Of a stretch of DNA of 64,000 nucleotides, positions 29,234 to 39,818 are shown piece by piece. Within the stretch, counting starts at the first letter, position 1. The number at the start of each line of letters is the position of its first letter. The position numbers were made by a program, and so were the translations under genes. Under the pieces are notes generated by a model. The model did no database searches, was not told the DNA's origin, and saw nothing but the letters and a program-made list of their open reading frames with translations. The DNA comes from a virus: positions 1 to 64,000 of the IMG/VR virus record IMGVR_UViG_3300005289_000004. One strand, 5' to 3'.

Positions 29234-29881
29234 TTACTCTTGATTAATTTTATTATTAGCTGTCTGTAATTGTAAAACATCCCTCATCGACAACGAAGCC
29301 TTCTCTAAAATACGCGATGTCAACTCACTTTCTTCTGATTTATCCCATTGGTAGTAAGTAGAACCTGCATCATTATATACTGGTCTTCCTGATACTTCTG
29401 TGTAAGCGTATACCATAGGAGTAGGTCTTTCGTAGTATTCGACTGTTACTGCCAGTGAATCTTCTCCTAATAGGGTAAGCTCTTCGTAACCTTCTACATA
29501 ATACTTATCTTCATCGTTAGGGCTTGCTAGTGGGTCTTCAAAGATTCTTGCTTGTCTGTCGTCATCTAAGGGTTTAACTGGTATTTTACCTGATGTAGTA
29601 TAAACAGCCGATATGTAGGCACAGTTCTCTGGTTTGGTTAGCACCTCTCCTGAAAATGACAGATTAACTTTCTTTTTAAAGGGTAGCAGTCTTGTATCAA
29701 CTAACCTGTTCTTACCAACTACAATTCTCGGATTAGTCTTTCTTCCTAAGAAGTCGTCAAACATCTCATTGGAAGCAATATTACCGTACCGTTCGTATTC
29801 TTTAGGGGCTACGTAAGCACCGCTATTTTTACTGAGCAGGTCTTTTAAGTATAAGTAGTTATCACCGGGTGAAATAGGCAT
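29234..29881 (-). CDS. Ring/adaptor protein
   Basis: LSKNSGAYVAPKEY..VEYYERP; synteny after capsid module. Confidence 0.65.
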   Translation of the reverse strand: MPISPGDNYLYLKDLLSKNSGAYVAPKEYERYGNIASNEMFDDFLGRKTNPRIVVGKNRLVDTRLLPFKKKVNLSFSGEVLTKPENCAYISAVYTTSGKIPVKPLDDDRQARIFEDPLASPNDEDKYYVEGYEELTLLGEDSLAVTVEYYERPTPMVYAYTEVSGRPVYNDAGSTYYQWDKSEESELTSRILEKASLSMRDVLQLQTANNKINQE

Positions 29882-29903
29882 GATCTGTTATTTTGTACAG
29901 TGG

Positions 29904-29934
29904 CAAATTTACGCCTTATCTACTAGGTATTTTA
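29904..29934 (-). promoter_or_regulatory. Putative late promoter
   Basis: TAAAATAC-N15-TAAATTTG. Confidence 0.7.
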
Positions 29935-29952
29935 CTGTAGCTTGTTAAACAT

Positions 29953-29979
29953 AAAAAGCCGAAGGGGTTAGCTCCGGCT
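29953..29979 (-). terminator. Intrinsic terminator
   Basis: AGCCGGAG-loop-TTCGGCT followed by TTTT. Confidence 0.75.
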
Positions 29980-30043
29980 AGTTGGACAAAGAGAGAAAAG
30001 AAGGTCGTTCAAGTTTTCTTAAAGGGTGTCCCCCAGAAAATAG

Positions 30044-30976
30044 TTATTTTAGTTCACCCTCTAGCAGAGAGTAAAACTCTTTTGCTTCCTTGTCACCACC
30101 TAACACCCAACGTGCTAAGGCTTCGTCGTAGGAATGACGAGATTGGTCAAAATCTTTAATTACTGTACCTGACTTCACATACTTGATCTGATTACCGTCT
30201 ACTGCTAAGAACTGATCTTCATGTGCTTTTTGGATAGCAGCTTTGATTTTGTGCTTAGGATTGGTAAAGTCAGTTACAAATAATGCGGGGTTGGCTTGTG
30301 CTTTCTTGTAAGCTATCTTAATGATCTCCTCATCTCTTTCAGAAGTTTCACCGAAGCGACTTCTCATAAAGTTACGGATGTCTCCAATCTTAGCTTCTTC
30401 GATAATTGCACCTGCTTTAACTACCTGTTTGTAGTATTCAATTTCTGCATTGTCAGCAGCAGTTGTGTCACGTAGCTTATATAGATTCTTAATAGGGTTG
30501 TTTGCAGGAAGAATTTTCTTTTTATCTCCATTAGCATCGTAAGCAAGCAAGTAACGTATTTTAGCTTTTTCGTGTCCTGAAACAATCAGTTCTTTTGAGT
30601 TAAACTTGATCTGTTCCCGCTCTACTTTGGCTGTTGGTTCTTGCTCATCTACATAAGGAGATTCTTCTGTTTTAACGTACCGTATGTCCCGTATAGATTG
30701 GGTAGCTTCACACCACACGCTAGCTGTTGTAGGGATGTTGTGCCTAGCTTCTTTCCTACGTTGTAAGTCAAAACTGTATTCTTTATTTTGGTCAATTTCA
30801 AAATCCATTACAGGGTCTTTAACCTCTGACTGTTCTTTTTTAGCTTTAGGTTCTTCAACCTCTCCATCAAAATTATCAATCAGTTCTTGGAGCTTTTCTT
30901 CGTCCCAACCGTGATATGCTTTCTTCTGGTAAAGTTCTTCGTATTGTTTTTTTAATTCTTCTTTATCTTGTGCCAT
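30044..30976 (-). CDS. Capsid-module protein with N-terminal HeH/LEM-like motif
   Basis: EELKKQYEELYQKKAYHGWDEEKLQELI; IRYVKTEESPYVDEQ. Confidence 0.6.
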   Translation of the reverse strand: MAQDKEELKKQYEELYQKKAYHGWDEEKLQELIDNFDGEVEEPKAKKEQSEVKDPVMDFEIDQNKEYSFDLQRRKEARHNIPTTASVWCEATQSIRDIRYVKTEESPYVDEQEPTAKVEREQIKFNSKELIVSGHEKAKIRYLLAYDANGDKKKILPANNPIKNLYKLRDTTAADNAEIEYYKQVVKAGAIIEEAKIGDIRNFMRSRFGETSERDEEIIKIAYKKAQANPALFVTDFTNPKHKIKAAIQKAHEDQFLAVDGNQIKYVKSGTVIKDFDQSRHSYDEALARWVLGGDKEAKEFYSLLEGELK

Positions 30977-31035
30977 AACGCTTTGCTTTTCGTCCTAAGC
31001 GGACTTAATTTTATATTTTCTTCTCTTTTTAAATT

Positions 31036-31066
31036 AAATAGGGGAGAGCGATTAACCCTCCCCTTT
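31036..31066 (-). terminator. Intrinsic terminator after capsid gene
   Basis: AGGGGAG..CTCCCCT stem then ATTTAATTT. Confidence 0.7.
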
Positions 31067-31079
31067 ATTGTGTAATTGC

Positions 31080-32435
31080 TTACGGAGCGATCTTAGCGAT
31101 TTTGTAACCGTGGATGTTATAAGTTTCCAAACCTTTGTAAGATATGATTGATACTTGACCGTTAGCTTTAGTGTTTTTGTCAAACATTCCACCATCAGTA
31201 AGTACTTTGTTAATCCAACCTTCGTTAGGTCTAGTCATGTAACGGATACGGAACATTGGAAGGTTTCCTTGGAAGTCATCTCCGTTGATGAACACGTCAC
31301 CTTGTGGGATAAATACTGCCATACCTTTCAAGTAAGAAGCTGTTGCGTCTGAACCGTGAGTCCTAGCTGTGTTGAACAAAGCGTAGTTTTTAAATCCTAA
31401 CTCCATTCCGTAGATTTTGAAATCGCTGAAATCAAAGTTAACCCTTAAATCTTCCTGACCAGTAGTGTTGATAACTACAGTACGGCTACCAGAAGTCAAC
31501 TTAGTATCCAACCAGTCCTCAGTCTCATACCAGAACTCATTCTCCACAAGAACATCGTATTTCTTAGTGTAACCGTCAGCATCAGCAGAACGTGCCATAG
31601 CTTTCCAGAATGCGTCTCCGATTGTAACTGATTGTCCTAAGTCTTCACCCCACTCACGGATTTGTTCTACCAGACCCATTGAGTTAGAGTTACGTGTACC
31701 CGGAGCAGCAGTACCTAAGTTTGTTCTTGCCCTACCTAGCATCAACTGATCTTCTGTTGAATAAAGGTGACGGTCGTTCATATCGGTTTTATCCAAATCA
31801 TAATACGTCTGTCCTTCATACTCCAACTCTTCCAACATAGCAAGATCGGTGTAGTTCTTATCAGTTCTGATGATTGATAGCTCTCTACGTCTCTTAGCCC
31901 AAGTTTTGTACATTCCGTCTTGTTGATCGCTAGCTTCCTCAGCTGATTGACGACCTTTCCATAAGAATACAGAAGAAGTAGTAATAGCAGCAGACTCAGT
32001 TGAATCAGTTGGCCTTAGCGTGATTGTGTGTGCGCCAGCAGATGTTTTATTTACTGCAACACCTACGTACTCGATACCAGTAGTATCATCTACAAAGAAG
32101 TGCCCAACAACAGCAGGAGACAAGCTAGTAGCACCAGCTACGTGAGAGTCAGCAGTAAGTGTAACTGTTACGTTAGCACCAGCAGCGCCCGAAGCAGCAC
32201 CTGTTACTTTAAAATTCTCAAACGGTTTAGAGTCCTGAACCCACTGGTCAAAAAATGTGTTACCTGTACGCTCAATCTTCCCTGCGGCTTCCTGAGATAC
32301 GATATAATAGTCTTTAAATAATCCGGGATACTTATCAATGTAAGCCCCCAAATTGTCTGGTTTAAGTAATCCAAGTGTGCTGATTACACCTTGTGATAAC
32401 ATCGGATGTGCAAATCCATTCGGTCTTGATGCCAT
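31080..32435 (-). CDS. Major capsid protein
   Basis: 451 aa; order portal-scaffold-MCP; followed by terminator. Confidence 0.8.
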   Translation of the reverse strand: MASRPNGFAHPMLSQGVISTLGLLKPDNLGAYIDKYPGLFKDYYIVSQEAAGKIERTGNTFFDQWVQDSKPFENFKVTGAASGAAGANVTVTLTADSHVAGATSLSPAVVGHFFVDDTTGIEYVGVAVNKTSAGAHTITLRPTDSTESAAITTSSVFLWKGRQSAEEASDQQDGMYKTWAKRRRELSIIRTDKNYTDLAMLEELEYEGQTYYDLDKTDMNDRHLYSTEDQLMLGRARTNLGTAAPGTRNSNSMGLVEQIREWGEDLGQSVTIGDAFWKAMARSADADGYTKKYDVLVENEFWYETEDWLDTKLTSGSRTVVINTTGQEDLRVNFDFSDFKIYGMELGFKNYALFNTARTHGSDATASYLKGMAVFIPQGDVFINGDDFQGNLPMFRIRYMTRPNEGWINKVLTDGGMFDKNTKANGQVSIISYKGLETYNIHGYKIAKIAP

Positions 32436-32455
32436 AATTCTTTAAGTTTTGTTTT

Positions 32456-33535
32456 TTAACGTTTTAACATGAAATTTTCAAAGTCATTATCTGACGAGTG
32501 GGCTGATGGAGTGTGATTCCTAGCTTCCTCTGAATAGTTAACAACTTTATTTTTAATCAAATCCTCCCTTGCTTTCGCAGCCGCTTCTTTCGCAATAGTC
32601 TTGTATATCTTTTTTCTCAGTAACTCTTCGGATTTTTCTTGTACAAACCTCTGTACGTCTACTCCTGTTGTGTTACCCTCTCCATCCTTAATGAAGTATT
32701 TCTCATCACTAGGTTGGCTAATATAGTCTGACAACTGTCCAAGAACCTCTGTTTTCTCTTGCTCGGAAAGTTTGTAGTTAACGTTTAAAACAACCTCGTT
32801 TTCGCCATCAACGTACTTAACCTCTTCCTTAATTGAATCTACAGATGTAAATGCCTCTTTAAGTTGGGGAATCCATTGTTCTTCTTTTTGTTTTTGAGCT
32901 TGCTCTGTTAACTGTTGGGTATACTGTTGTAGTATTTCCTCTGGTTTAGCTTGCTCTTGTGAGCCTTCATCTTCAAACTGATATTCAAACTTCGGTAATT
33001 CTAGGTCTGTATACTGAGAAGACAAATAACTCACTGCTTCCTTACCGTCTTTTTTAAGTGATCGGATAGATGCGTCAATTTTCTTGTTGTGTAGCTTGGC
33101 TTCTTTAATTTCATCATCGGTCATACTGTCCTGATCGATTTCTATCTTTTGAAGTCCCACTGCATATTTATCTTGTAGCTCTGCTTCTACATCAGATGAG
33201 TCCCATTCAGGATTATCTTTTTGTAGCTTAATTCGCAAAGCATCTTCGTTACTCAAAGAACTGTAGTCTTTTCCTTTTTCGGTTAGGACTTTTAATACTG
33301 TATCCTGATTAGTCTTTAGAAATTCGTAAATGTCAATCTCTACTTTCTTAGGTTCAGGTGTAGTTACAGGTTCAGGTTCAACAACTGGTTCTGCAACTGG
33401 TTCTGCAACTGGTACTACGGGTTCAGGCACTATCGGCTCTTCTGGCGTAATAGCTGGTTCAGGTGCAATTACAGGTTCTTCTTTACCTGCCATCTTATCC
33501 AATTCACTCATTCTAAAATCTTGTACTTCACTCAT
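32456..33535 (-). CDS. Putative scaffolding protein
   Basis: Acidic, EP-repeat N-terminus, helical; between portal and MCP. Confidence 0.65.
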   Translation of the reverse strand: MSEVQDFRMSELDKMAGKEEPVIAPEPAITPEEPIVPEPVVPVAEPVAEPVVEPEPVTTPEPKKVEIDIYEFLKTNQDTVLKVLTEKGKDYSSLSNEDALRIKLQKDNPEWDSSDVEAELQDKYAVGLQKIEIDQDSMTDDEIKEAKLHNKKIDASIRSLKKDGKEAVSYLSSQYTDLELPKFEYQFEDEGSQEQAKPEEILQQYTQQLTEQAQKQKEEQWIPQLKEAFTSVDSIKEEVKYVDGENEVVLNVNYKLSEQEKTEVLGQLSDYISQPSDEKYFIKDGEGNTTGVDVQRFVQEKSEELLRKKIYKTIAKEAAAKAREDLIKNKVVNYSEEARNHTPSAHSSDNDFENFMLKR

Positions 33536-33597
33536 ATAATTTCTTCTTTTCTTCCGTTTACAAAGCTACAACGCTTGTTTGGCATTTTTTACGTATG

Positions 33598-36042
33598 CTA
33601 AGCGAGTCCGTTTTGTTGGGCTATACTTAGTGCCTCCTCCTCGGTCATCTCTCCACTATCTACTGCTGCCTGTAACTCTTGTCCCATTTGTTGTTGAGCT
33701 TGTTGCTGTTCTAACTGCTGTTGTTCTTGTTCTGCTTGCTGAGAACTGCTACTTGTCTTGACTGCTGCATTTTGAAGTGCCAGTGAAACTAACGGCTCGT
33801 ACATTGGTGGAATTGGCGTGCCTGTTTTAAATGATTCGGTTATCATGTCCATAGCTCCTTTTAACAATACCTGTATTTGGTCGTTATCTCCTTTGGCTTT
33901 TTCTTTCGCTTGTTCGTACTGTAGTTGGAGTTGAATGTTCTGTCCTCTGGCTTGTTCAGTTGCTTGGGCTGCTTGTGCGTTATATTCAGCAGCACTTCTC
34001 TGGGCTACGTCTGCATCTGCTACACGTTCTTTACGTCTTTTCTCAGTCAGGTAACTAAGCATTCTTTCAGCTAGCGCATATCCTGCATCCATTGTACGTC
34101 TTATACGCATTACGTCTTCCATGTATAGAGTTCCTGATGCTAAGGCTCTTTCTATGTTCTGTTCAAGATAAGCCCTTTCATCTGAACTGATGCCTAACTC
34201 ATATTTAAAATCGTAAATAGACTGTACTACTTCATCTTTAGCTTGGATAAGTTTAGCATTCTTTTCTCCTAGCAGTTTTAAGTACCCTTTATTTGGATTA
34301 CCGTATTTTAAAGCATCCCATATTCTAATACCCATTTGTCGGGTTAGCTTGGTTGTTGCTTTAACGTAAGCCATGTAATTAGACACCGTTGCTGTATTTG
34401 ATGCTTGTGCTTGTGACTGAGCGAACTTAAAACCAATTCTGGCTGCTGATGCTGAACCATCCCTAAACTCATTAATACCTAAAGTCTCCCTTACATTTTG
34501 TTGGGCTAGGTTATAAGCTACAATAAATCCGTTTATACTTGCACCGATGTCAACTGCTTCATTAACTACAGGGGGTTTGTAATCTATGTTACCTTCTTCA
34601 TCTTTACTGTTGTAATAAAGATCACCTGTTTGTCTTCGGATGGTTAGCACTTCTATCGGTTCTATCTCTCCATCTCCCAAGTCAATGTTCATCAAAGAGC
34701 GTATGTCAATAGAAAGTCCCGGAGGCGGTGTCTTGGCAATTACCTGTTTTATCTTTAACCAGTTCAAATCCATGATCTGAAAGTAATCCTTGACGTTCTC
34801 TATAGGACTAGGACTTAGCATACCTCCATGATTATCTACCATGTGGAATATGAAAGGACAGATCAACTCTTGCTTGTAATTACCATCTCTTAACTGGTTA
34901 GTTTGTTCAGCCCATTCAAGACAATAACAACCGCCACCCAAGAAATAACCTTCGTATGCTGTAAGTGGATAAACTCTTCCTGTATTCTTTCTGCCATCTG
35001 AGGATTTTCCTGTTGGGGTTAGCTTATCTGATACGTCAAACACTGATCTACCATATCTATCTTTACCCTCTGTGTATTCTAACACTTGGTTACAAGACCA
35101 CCAGACGTGCAATACCTCAACCATGAAGTTATCATACGGTCTTACGTCCCTAAACCGATAATCTTCTGTCCATCTTGGAAGTGAAGCGTTACCAAACCTA
35201 CCTGCAAACTTTTTAAGATAACCATGTAGTTCTTTCTCGTCTAATCCTTTAAGTGCAAACCTAGCTCTAAGTTTAGCTAGTGGCATTCTTATTAACCGTC
35301 CTGCATAACCGCCCTCTGGTATCTCACTGAAATCATCTGTAAAACAGTTTGAATAAATACAGTCTTCTCCTTGGATGTAGTCTACAACTTCCCGACCGTT
35401 ATTGTCTATGTATTCGTAAAGACCAAACAGATTGACTTGAAACTGATCGGTTAGGATTCTACGTTTAAGTTTTTCAATGTCTATGTCGTTAAAAGCAAAG
35501 GTTAAGGTTTCCTGTAGAAGTAACTCTTCTTTCTCTTTGTCGTTAATATCGTAGTACAGTTCTAAATCTTCCTTAGATTCTGGGGTATATTCTGATGGGT
35601 CTGTAAGAGGAACACCTGCTTCTTGTGATAGTTCACCTAACACCCCGCCGTACTCCATCCTAAATTGAGCGTCTGATTTACGTTTTTCTTTTCGTTCTTG
35701 TATGTGTGCTGATAATGCAGTTACTCTTGGGAACTCCTGTCTTGATTCCATGTAGCCGTCTACTACAATCTTTTCAAATTTCTTAGCGTATGCTCCCGGT
35801 TTAATCGATATATTTGTATAGGTTGACTTACCATCAATTTCCACCATATCCAAGATAGGCTTCATATCCTGCTTTCCCTCAGCGTAAGCCCTGTTGCTTG
35901 AAAATATCTTATTACGCTTTTCCCGGTAATCGTATGTGGATGCTAATATTGCCTTTGCTACAGAAGTACCAAATGCTTTGGTATCTTTATCTACCTTTGC
36001 CGACAATGGATTAGGAAAGTTGTCATTTATAATTAACTGCAT
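33598..36042 (-). CDS. Portal protein
   Basis: 814 aa after TerL; RAYAEGKQ, RETLGINEFRDG, Gln-rich C-terminus. Confidence 0.85.
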   Translation of the reverse strand: MQLIINDNFPNPLSAKVDKDTKAFGTSVAKAILASTYDYREKRNKIFSSNRAYAEGKQDMKPILDMVEIDGKSTYTNISIKPGAYAKKFEKIVVDGYMESRQEFPRVTALSAHIQERKEKRKSDAQFRMEYGGVLGELSQEAGVPLTDPSEYTPESKEDLELYYDINDKEKEELLLQETLTFAFNDIDIEKLKRRILTDQFQVNLFGLYEYIDNNGREVVDYIQGEDCIYSNCFTDDFSEIPEGGYAGRLIRMPLAKLRARFALKGLDEKELHGYLKKFAGRFGNASLPRWTEDYRFRDVRPYDNFMVEVLHVWWSCNQVLEYTEGKDRYGRSVFDVSDKLTPTGKSSDGRKNTGRVYPLTAYEGYFLGGGCYCLEWAEQTNQLRDGNYKQELICPFIFHMVDNHGGMLSPSPIENVKDYFQIMDLNWLKIKQVIAKTPPPGLSIDIRSLMNIDLGDGEIEPIEVLTIRRQTGDLYYNSKDEEGNIDYKPPVVNEAVDIGASINGFIVAYNLAQQNVRETLGINEFRDGSASAARIGFKFAQSQAQASNTATVSNYMAYVKATTKLTRQMGIRIWDALKYGNPNKGYLKLLGEKNAKLIQAKDEVVQSIYDFKYELGISSDERAYLEQNIERALASGTLYMEDVMRIRRTMDAGYALAERMLSYLTEKRRKERVADADVAQRSAAEYNAQAAQATEQARGQNIQLQLQYEQAKEKAKGDNDQIQVLLKGAMDMITESFKTGTPIPPMYEPLVSLALQNAAVKTSSSSQQAEQEQQQLEQQQAQQQMGQELQAAVDSGEMTEEEALSIAQQNGLA

Positions 36043-36113
36043 GTTATCGATTTATGTTTGCAAAATTAGTTTAAATACTTGTGGTGTTTTGCTTAGGCTG
36101 AGAACTGTTACTT

Positions 36114-38168
36114 TTAGCGATAAGTTGTTATACGACCATGTTTGACAAATTTCTTTCCTTTTGGCTTATCTTTGACTTGTTTTAGGGGTTCTTTGATTGT
36201 TATGAGAGAATTTCCGTCACTTATGGCGGTATCATAATCGGTTCGGTCATTTACATCGAAGTCTAAACGGTCTTTAATTAGGCGTTTAAAGAATATTTTT
36301 TCCACATCATTGTAAGAACTCTCTACCATTTCTGTAAGATGTTCTTCTATGTACTCTTTGTTTTGTGGGGCTGCACCATACACCCAAGTCCCATCTGATC
36401 TTTGAGTTCCAAGTAAAAACTGTTCGTACCCATTTTCCTTAGCCCAATCAACCCAGTCAGTTGGCGAACGTTCTCCGAGCATTCTAACACCGTAAAACTT
36501 TAACCCCCAGTAGGTTTGCTTATGAAAATCTGGCTTATTATCCATACGACCAAGAAACATAGCTACAGGGCATCCGCTTTTTTCAGGGTCAATAATAGTG
36601 TACCTTCTTCTTATCATTATTGAGGCATCACTGCCCTTTTCTACAGTAGCATCGCTGTGTGCTATAGCATCAAGACCAGCACCGCCATAAGCAGTTCCTG
36701 TAGGTTTATACTTAGGTTTACCACCAATCTCACTTTTTTCAAACTGGTTAGGTTTATCGGGGAATTGTAGTATGTACCACAACCCTTTGGGGTCGTCTTC
36801 AAAAAATACAGTGCCATCAAACTTCTCCCTAAACCAACCTCTTCTTCCAAGTTCATCTTTTTCAGGGTCTTTACCTTCGGCTACCAATTGATCTTTTATA
36901 ACTTGTAATTGTGCTTCATGCCTTTTCCTGTCGAAGTGTATCTTCTTATTGGCACTCTCAAATACTTCTTTATCGTTCCAAGGATTCTGTCTTATCTCCT
37001 CTTCTAAGGCTTCAAGATCATTCTCCAATGCCTTTCTTGTATTAGCTTGATACTGTTTAGCACCTATAGTTGGGTCGAGGCAACCAATGGTTTCAAGATA
37101 TTTTGTCTGTTCAGGTGTTGGTGTGTCCCACACAGATTCCCCAAATGCGCCAATCCAACCGTCATACCCGAAATAAGCGGGCAACATTATACGATAAAGT
37201 CCTGTTTTTGTTTCCCCTAAGTAGTTAGCTTTAGATTGATCGCTTGACTGCCACGTAATTTGATACTCAGCTCCACCAGATTTTTTATCATTCACAGTGG
37301 TAGGCATAAATATCTTTCCAGTTATTCTAGCCCCTTTCTTGACGCACTTTGCAGCAATTGATAAGTATTTGTTGATCGGAGTTTCAGTTGGGAACTTACC
37401 CCCTTCATCGATAAGTAAGTAAGCAAGAGCATATCCATCATAAGAGTTAAGGTCTGTATTTTCCCAAGATAGTTCATTATTAAGACCCTCCCCTTTAGTG
37501 GCAGACTTTTTTGTTTTAGTTATTCTGTCTGCTTGCTTCTTTAAAGAGAGAACCTGTTTTGGTGCAGTGTTACCCTCTTGTATGGGTTTTAAAAACTCCG
37601 GTAAATTTCCCAAAGCCTTAACAGCATATTGAAAAGCCTTACCAGCATCCTTTCCCTTTTTAGATACAATACCTAAGTTAGCGTTTCTTAGGGTTAGCAT
37701 CTTTAATAGTAAGGCAGACATAATCATTGAGGTAGCCCCCAACCTACGGGCTTTTAGTAACGTATGCCCCAGACAAGTCTTTGTATTATCACATATTTCT
37801 AAAAACCTGTAATAGTAAAGGGACGTGTCTCTATATTCTGGGTACACTCCTTCGGGTAATAAAAACCAGTTGAGGAAAAAGTAAAAATAGCTGTTTATGT
37901 AGGTTGGTTCTCCGTTTACATATAACCACATTCCTGAGTTTAGTCTCTCTACCTCTTCTACCAAATAATTTACTTGATCGGGATTATCATTTAACCTATC
38001 TTCCCAACCGCCTGACCAATCAAACTTCTCGTAATCAACTACCCTTGACCATTTCTGTTTTGACTTAGGTATCCCATAGCCTCTAATATCTTTAAGAGGC
38101 GGTCTTTTAGGGAACTCGTATTTTAACCCTTCTACATAATATTCTCCATCTACCCAGATTCCTAACAT
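36114..38168 (-). CDS. terL: Terminase large subunit
   Basis: LKARRLGATS (Walker A), LLIDEGGK (Walker B), MPTT coupling motif, AGLD and YDTAISDG nuclease motifs. Confidence 0.92.
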   Translation of the reverse strand: MLGIWVDGEYYVEGLKYEFPKRPPLKDIRGYGIPKSKQKWSRVVDYEKFDWSGGWEDRLNDNPDQVNYLVEEVERLNSGMWLYVNGEPTYINSYFYFFLNWFLLPEGVYPEYRDTSLYYYRFLEICDNTKTCLGHTLLKARRLGATSMIMSALLLKMLTLRNANLGIVSKKGKDAGKAFQYAVKALGNLPEFLKPIQEGNTAPKQVLSLKKQADRITKTKKSATKGEGLNNELSWENTDLNSYDGYALAYLLIDEGGKFPTETPINKYLSIAAKCVKKGARITGKIFMPTTVNDKKSGGAEYQITWQSSDQSKANYLGETKTGLYRIMLPAYFGYDGWIGAFGESVWDTPTPEQTKYLETIGCLDPTIGAKQYQANTRKALENDLEALEEEIRQNPWNDKEVFESANKKIHFDRKRHEAQLQVIKDQLVAEGKDPEKDELGRRGWFREKFDGTVFFEDDPKGLWYILQFPDKPNQFEKSEIGGKPKYKPTGTAYGGAGLDAIAHSDATVEKGSDASIMIRRRYTIIDPEKSGCPVAMFLGRMDNKPDFHKQTYWGLKFYGVRMLGERSPTDWVDWAKENGYEQFLLGTQRSDGTWVYGAAPQNKEYIEEHLTEMVESSYNDVEKIFFKRLIKDRLDFDVNDRTDYDTAISDGNSLITIKEPLKQVKDKPKGKKFVKHGRITTYR

Positions 38169-38584
38169 TATATCTTACCCTCAAGTCTTTGCTTCTGTAA
38201 CTGCTCAAACGGATTAGAGGTTGGGTCAATTTTTATTTGTGATTTTTTAGTTTCACCCTTTTTTGCAATATCAGGCCTGAGTGCCTCGGCCATATCCGAT
38301 ACTTTTTTAAATGAATCTATCTTCTCCACCAGCTTCATTACACGGTCGAAGGTTTTATCTTGAGCATCGTTTGATAATATAGTCAACTTTTCTAACTCTC
38401 CGTTGGTAACATGATTAATATCGTCAGTTAGTTTTACAGACAGCTCGTCAAGCGAAATCAATAGTTGTTTGATACTACTAGTTTCGAAATTTACGAGGTA
38501 GTTATGCAATTCATACAAGTAAAGGTTTATCTCTTCACTTTCAGACACTAGGTCTAATCTCAATTCAAATTTCTCTTCGTTCAT
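38168..38584 (-). CDS. Putative terminase small subunit
   Basis: Helical 138 aa protein overlapping the TerL start. Confidence 0.45.
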   Translation of the reverse strand: MNEEKFELRLDLVSESEEINLYLYELHNYLVNFETSSIKQLLISLDELSVKLTDDINHVTNGELEKLTILSNDAQDKTFDRVMKLVEKIDSFKKVSDMAEALRPDIAKKGETKKSQIKIDPTSNPFEQLQKQRLEGKI

Positions 38585-38589
38585 AATTT

Positions 38590-39402
38590 TTATATTCTTT
38601 TCCAAACATACCCCCAAGCCTTGAGTGGCTCTTTGTCTTTCCTAAATTTGTCTATAACATCATCTAAATAGCACACTCCATGTTTACCCTTACCAAAATA
38701 TCTACATGCTTCTATTTTAGATGGGAAAGTTTTATACAGCTCACCTGTTAAATCGTAACATGCTATCTCTACACAATCTGGATGATTATTAAAAGTTTTT
38801 GCTTTCTGCTTTAATAGAATATCCTCCCGCTCTTTTTTCCAGTTGTGTGGTTCTCTGCTGAAAAATAAGTGTTTCCACCCTCTGGCTTCTCCCCTTAGAG
38901 TTCCGCTTACTCTGGCTTGGTTAGCGCCTAACATACGCCTAACTTCGCAAGCACTTTCAAACTCCCCCAAGATTTGATCTGTATTCATATCTATTGCATA
39001 TATCAAACCTCGAAATTTATGGTTGTCTTTACCCCAATTAGCTGGCCCTCTCCTTCCACCTAAACATAAGTTATAGTTAAAATCTGCGTCTACCCACGCT
39101 TGATCTACCATATTTTCCTCCGCTAAGTAGGCTTCATCTTCGGTATCAAATAATTGTAGGTTTTCTCTTTTAAAATTTTTATAACCGTATTTAAGGACAG
39201 CATTTATAAAACAGGTTTTACCTTTTCTTTCTATAATTCTAACTTTTTCTCTTATAGCATCTGCGTCTGAGGTTACTCCATCTCCAATATACTTGTCGTG
39301 TAATTTGTTTGAAGCATGTACTCCTACGTAAATTTTTCCGTTGATTAAATTTGTCGTTTTATAAAGTATGTTATATTTCTTATCTTGTTTTGATGCCCCC
39401 AT
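38590..39402 (-). mobile_element. GIY-YIG homing endonuclease (Seg-like)
   Basis: ILYKTTNLINGKIYVGVH..KYGYKNFKRE..YNLCLGG; NUMOD1 repeats. Confidence 0.9.
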
Positions 39403-39439
39403 ATAAATAAAAATGCACACTAGTGGTTTAAACTGTGTG

Positions 39440-39471
39440 CAAATATAATCAATAAAGGGGGTAGTATTTTA
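39440..39471 (-). promoter_or_regulatory. Putative late promoter overlapping a hairpin
   Basis: TAAAATAC-N16-TATATTTG; hairpin TGCACAC/GTGTGCA at 39414-39441. Confidence 0.65.
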
Positions 39472-39482
39472 CTAGGCTATCA

Positions 39483-39809
39483 CTACGCTTCTATAATCCC
39501 TAAAACGTTCTTCTCTTCAATCAGTATGTACTTCTCTCCGTTGTGTTCGATACGAGTTCCCCTGTTGTCAAATATTACAGTATCTCCTTCTACTACTTCT
39601 TCACAGTCTTTTCCTACTCTTAGTATGTCTAGTCGGTTTGTGGGGGTTAGCTTGTCTGTTTTAGCTACTAGGTTTTTTACCAGTTCGTGATCTTCATCAC
39701 CTATCCCTAGGATAAGCCCTGATGCTGATTCTACAGGTTTTACTTCTTCAAATATCTGTTTAGCTAGTATCCTATTCTTAATAGGTCTGAAATTTACTCG
39801 TTGTTCCAT
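39483..39809 (-). CDS. groES: GroES-like co-chaperonin
   Basis: FRPIKNRIL..SASGLIL..VGKDCEEVVEGDTVIF..GEKYILIEEKNVLGII. Confidence 0.85.
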   Translation of the reverse strand: MEQRVNFRPIKNRILAKQIFEEVKPVESASGLILGIGDEDHELVKNLVAKTDKLTPTNRLDILRVGKDCEEVVEGDTVIFDNRGTRIEHNGEKYILIEEKNVLGIIEA

Positions 39810-39818
39810 TTTATAGTT

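Noticed and set aside
8926-36145. Plus-strand ORFs of 60-133 aa opposite structural genes, and minus-strand ORFs opposite polA and others
   Set aside because: Antisense shadows of real genes, with no motifs or initiation context.
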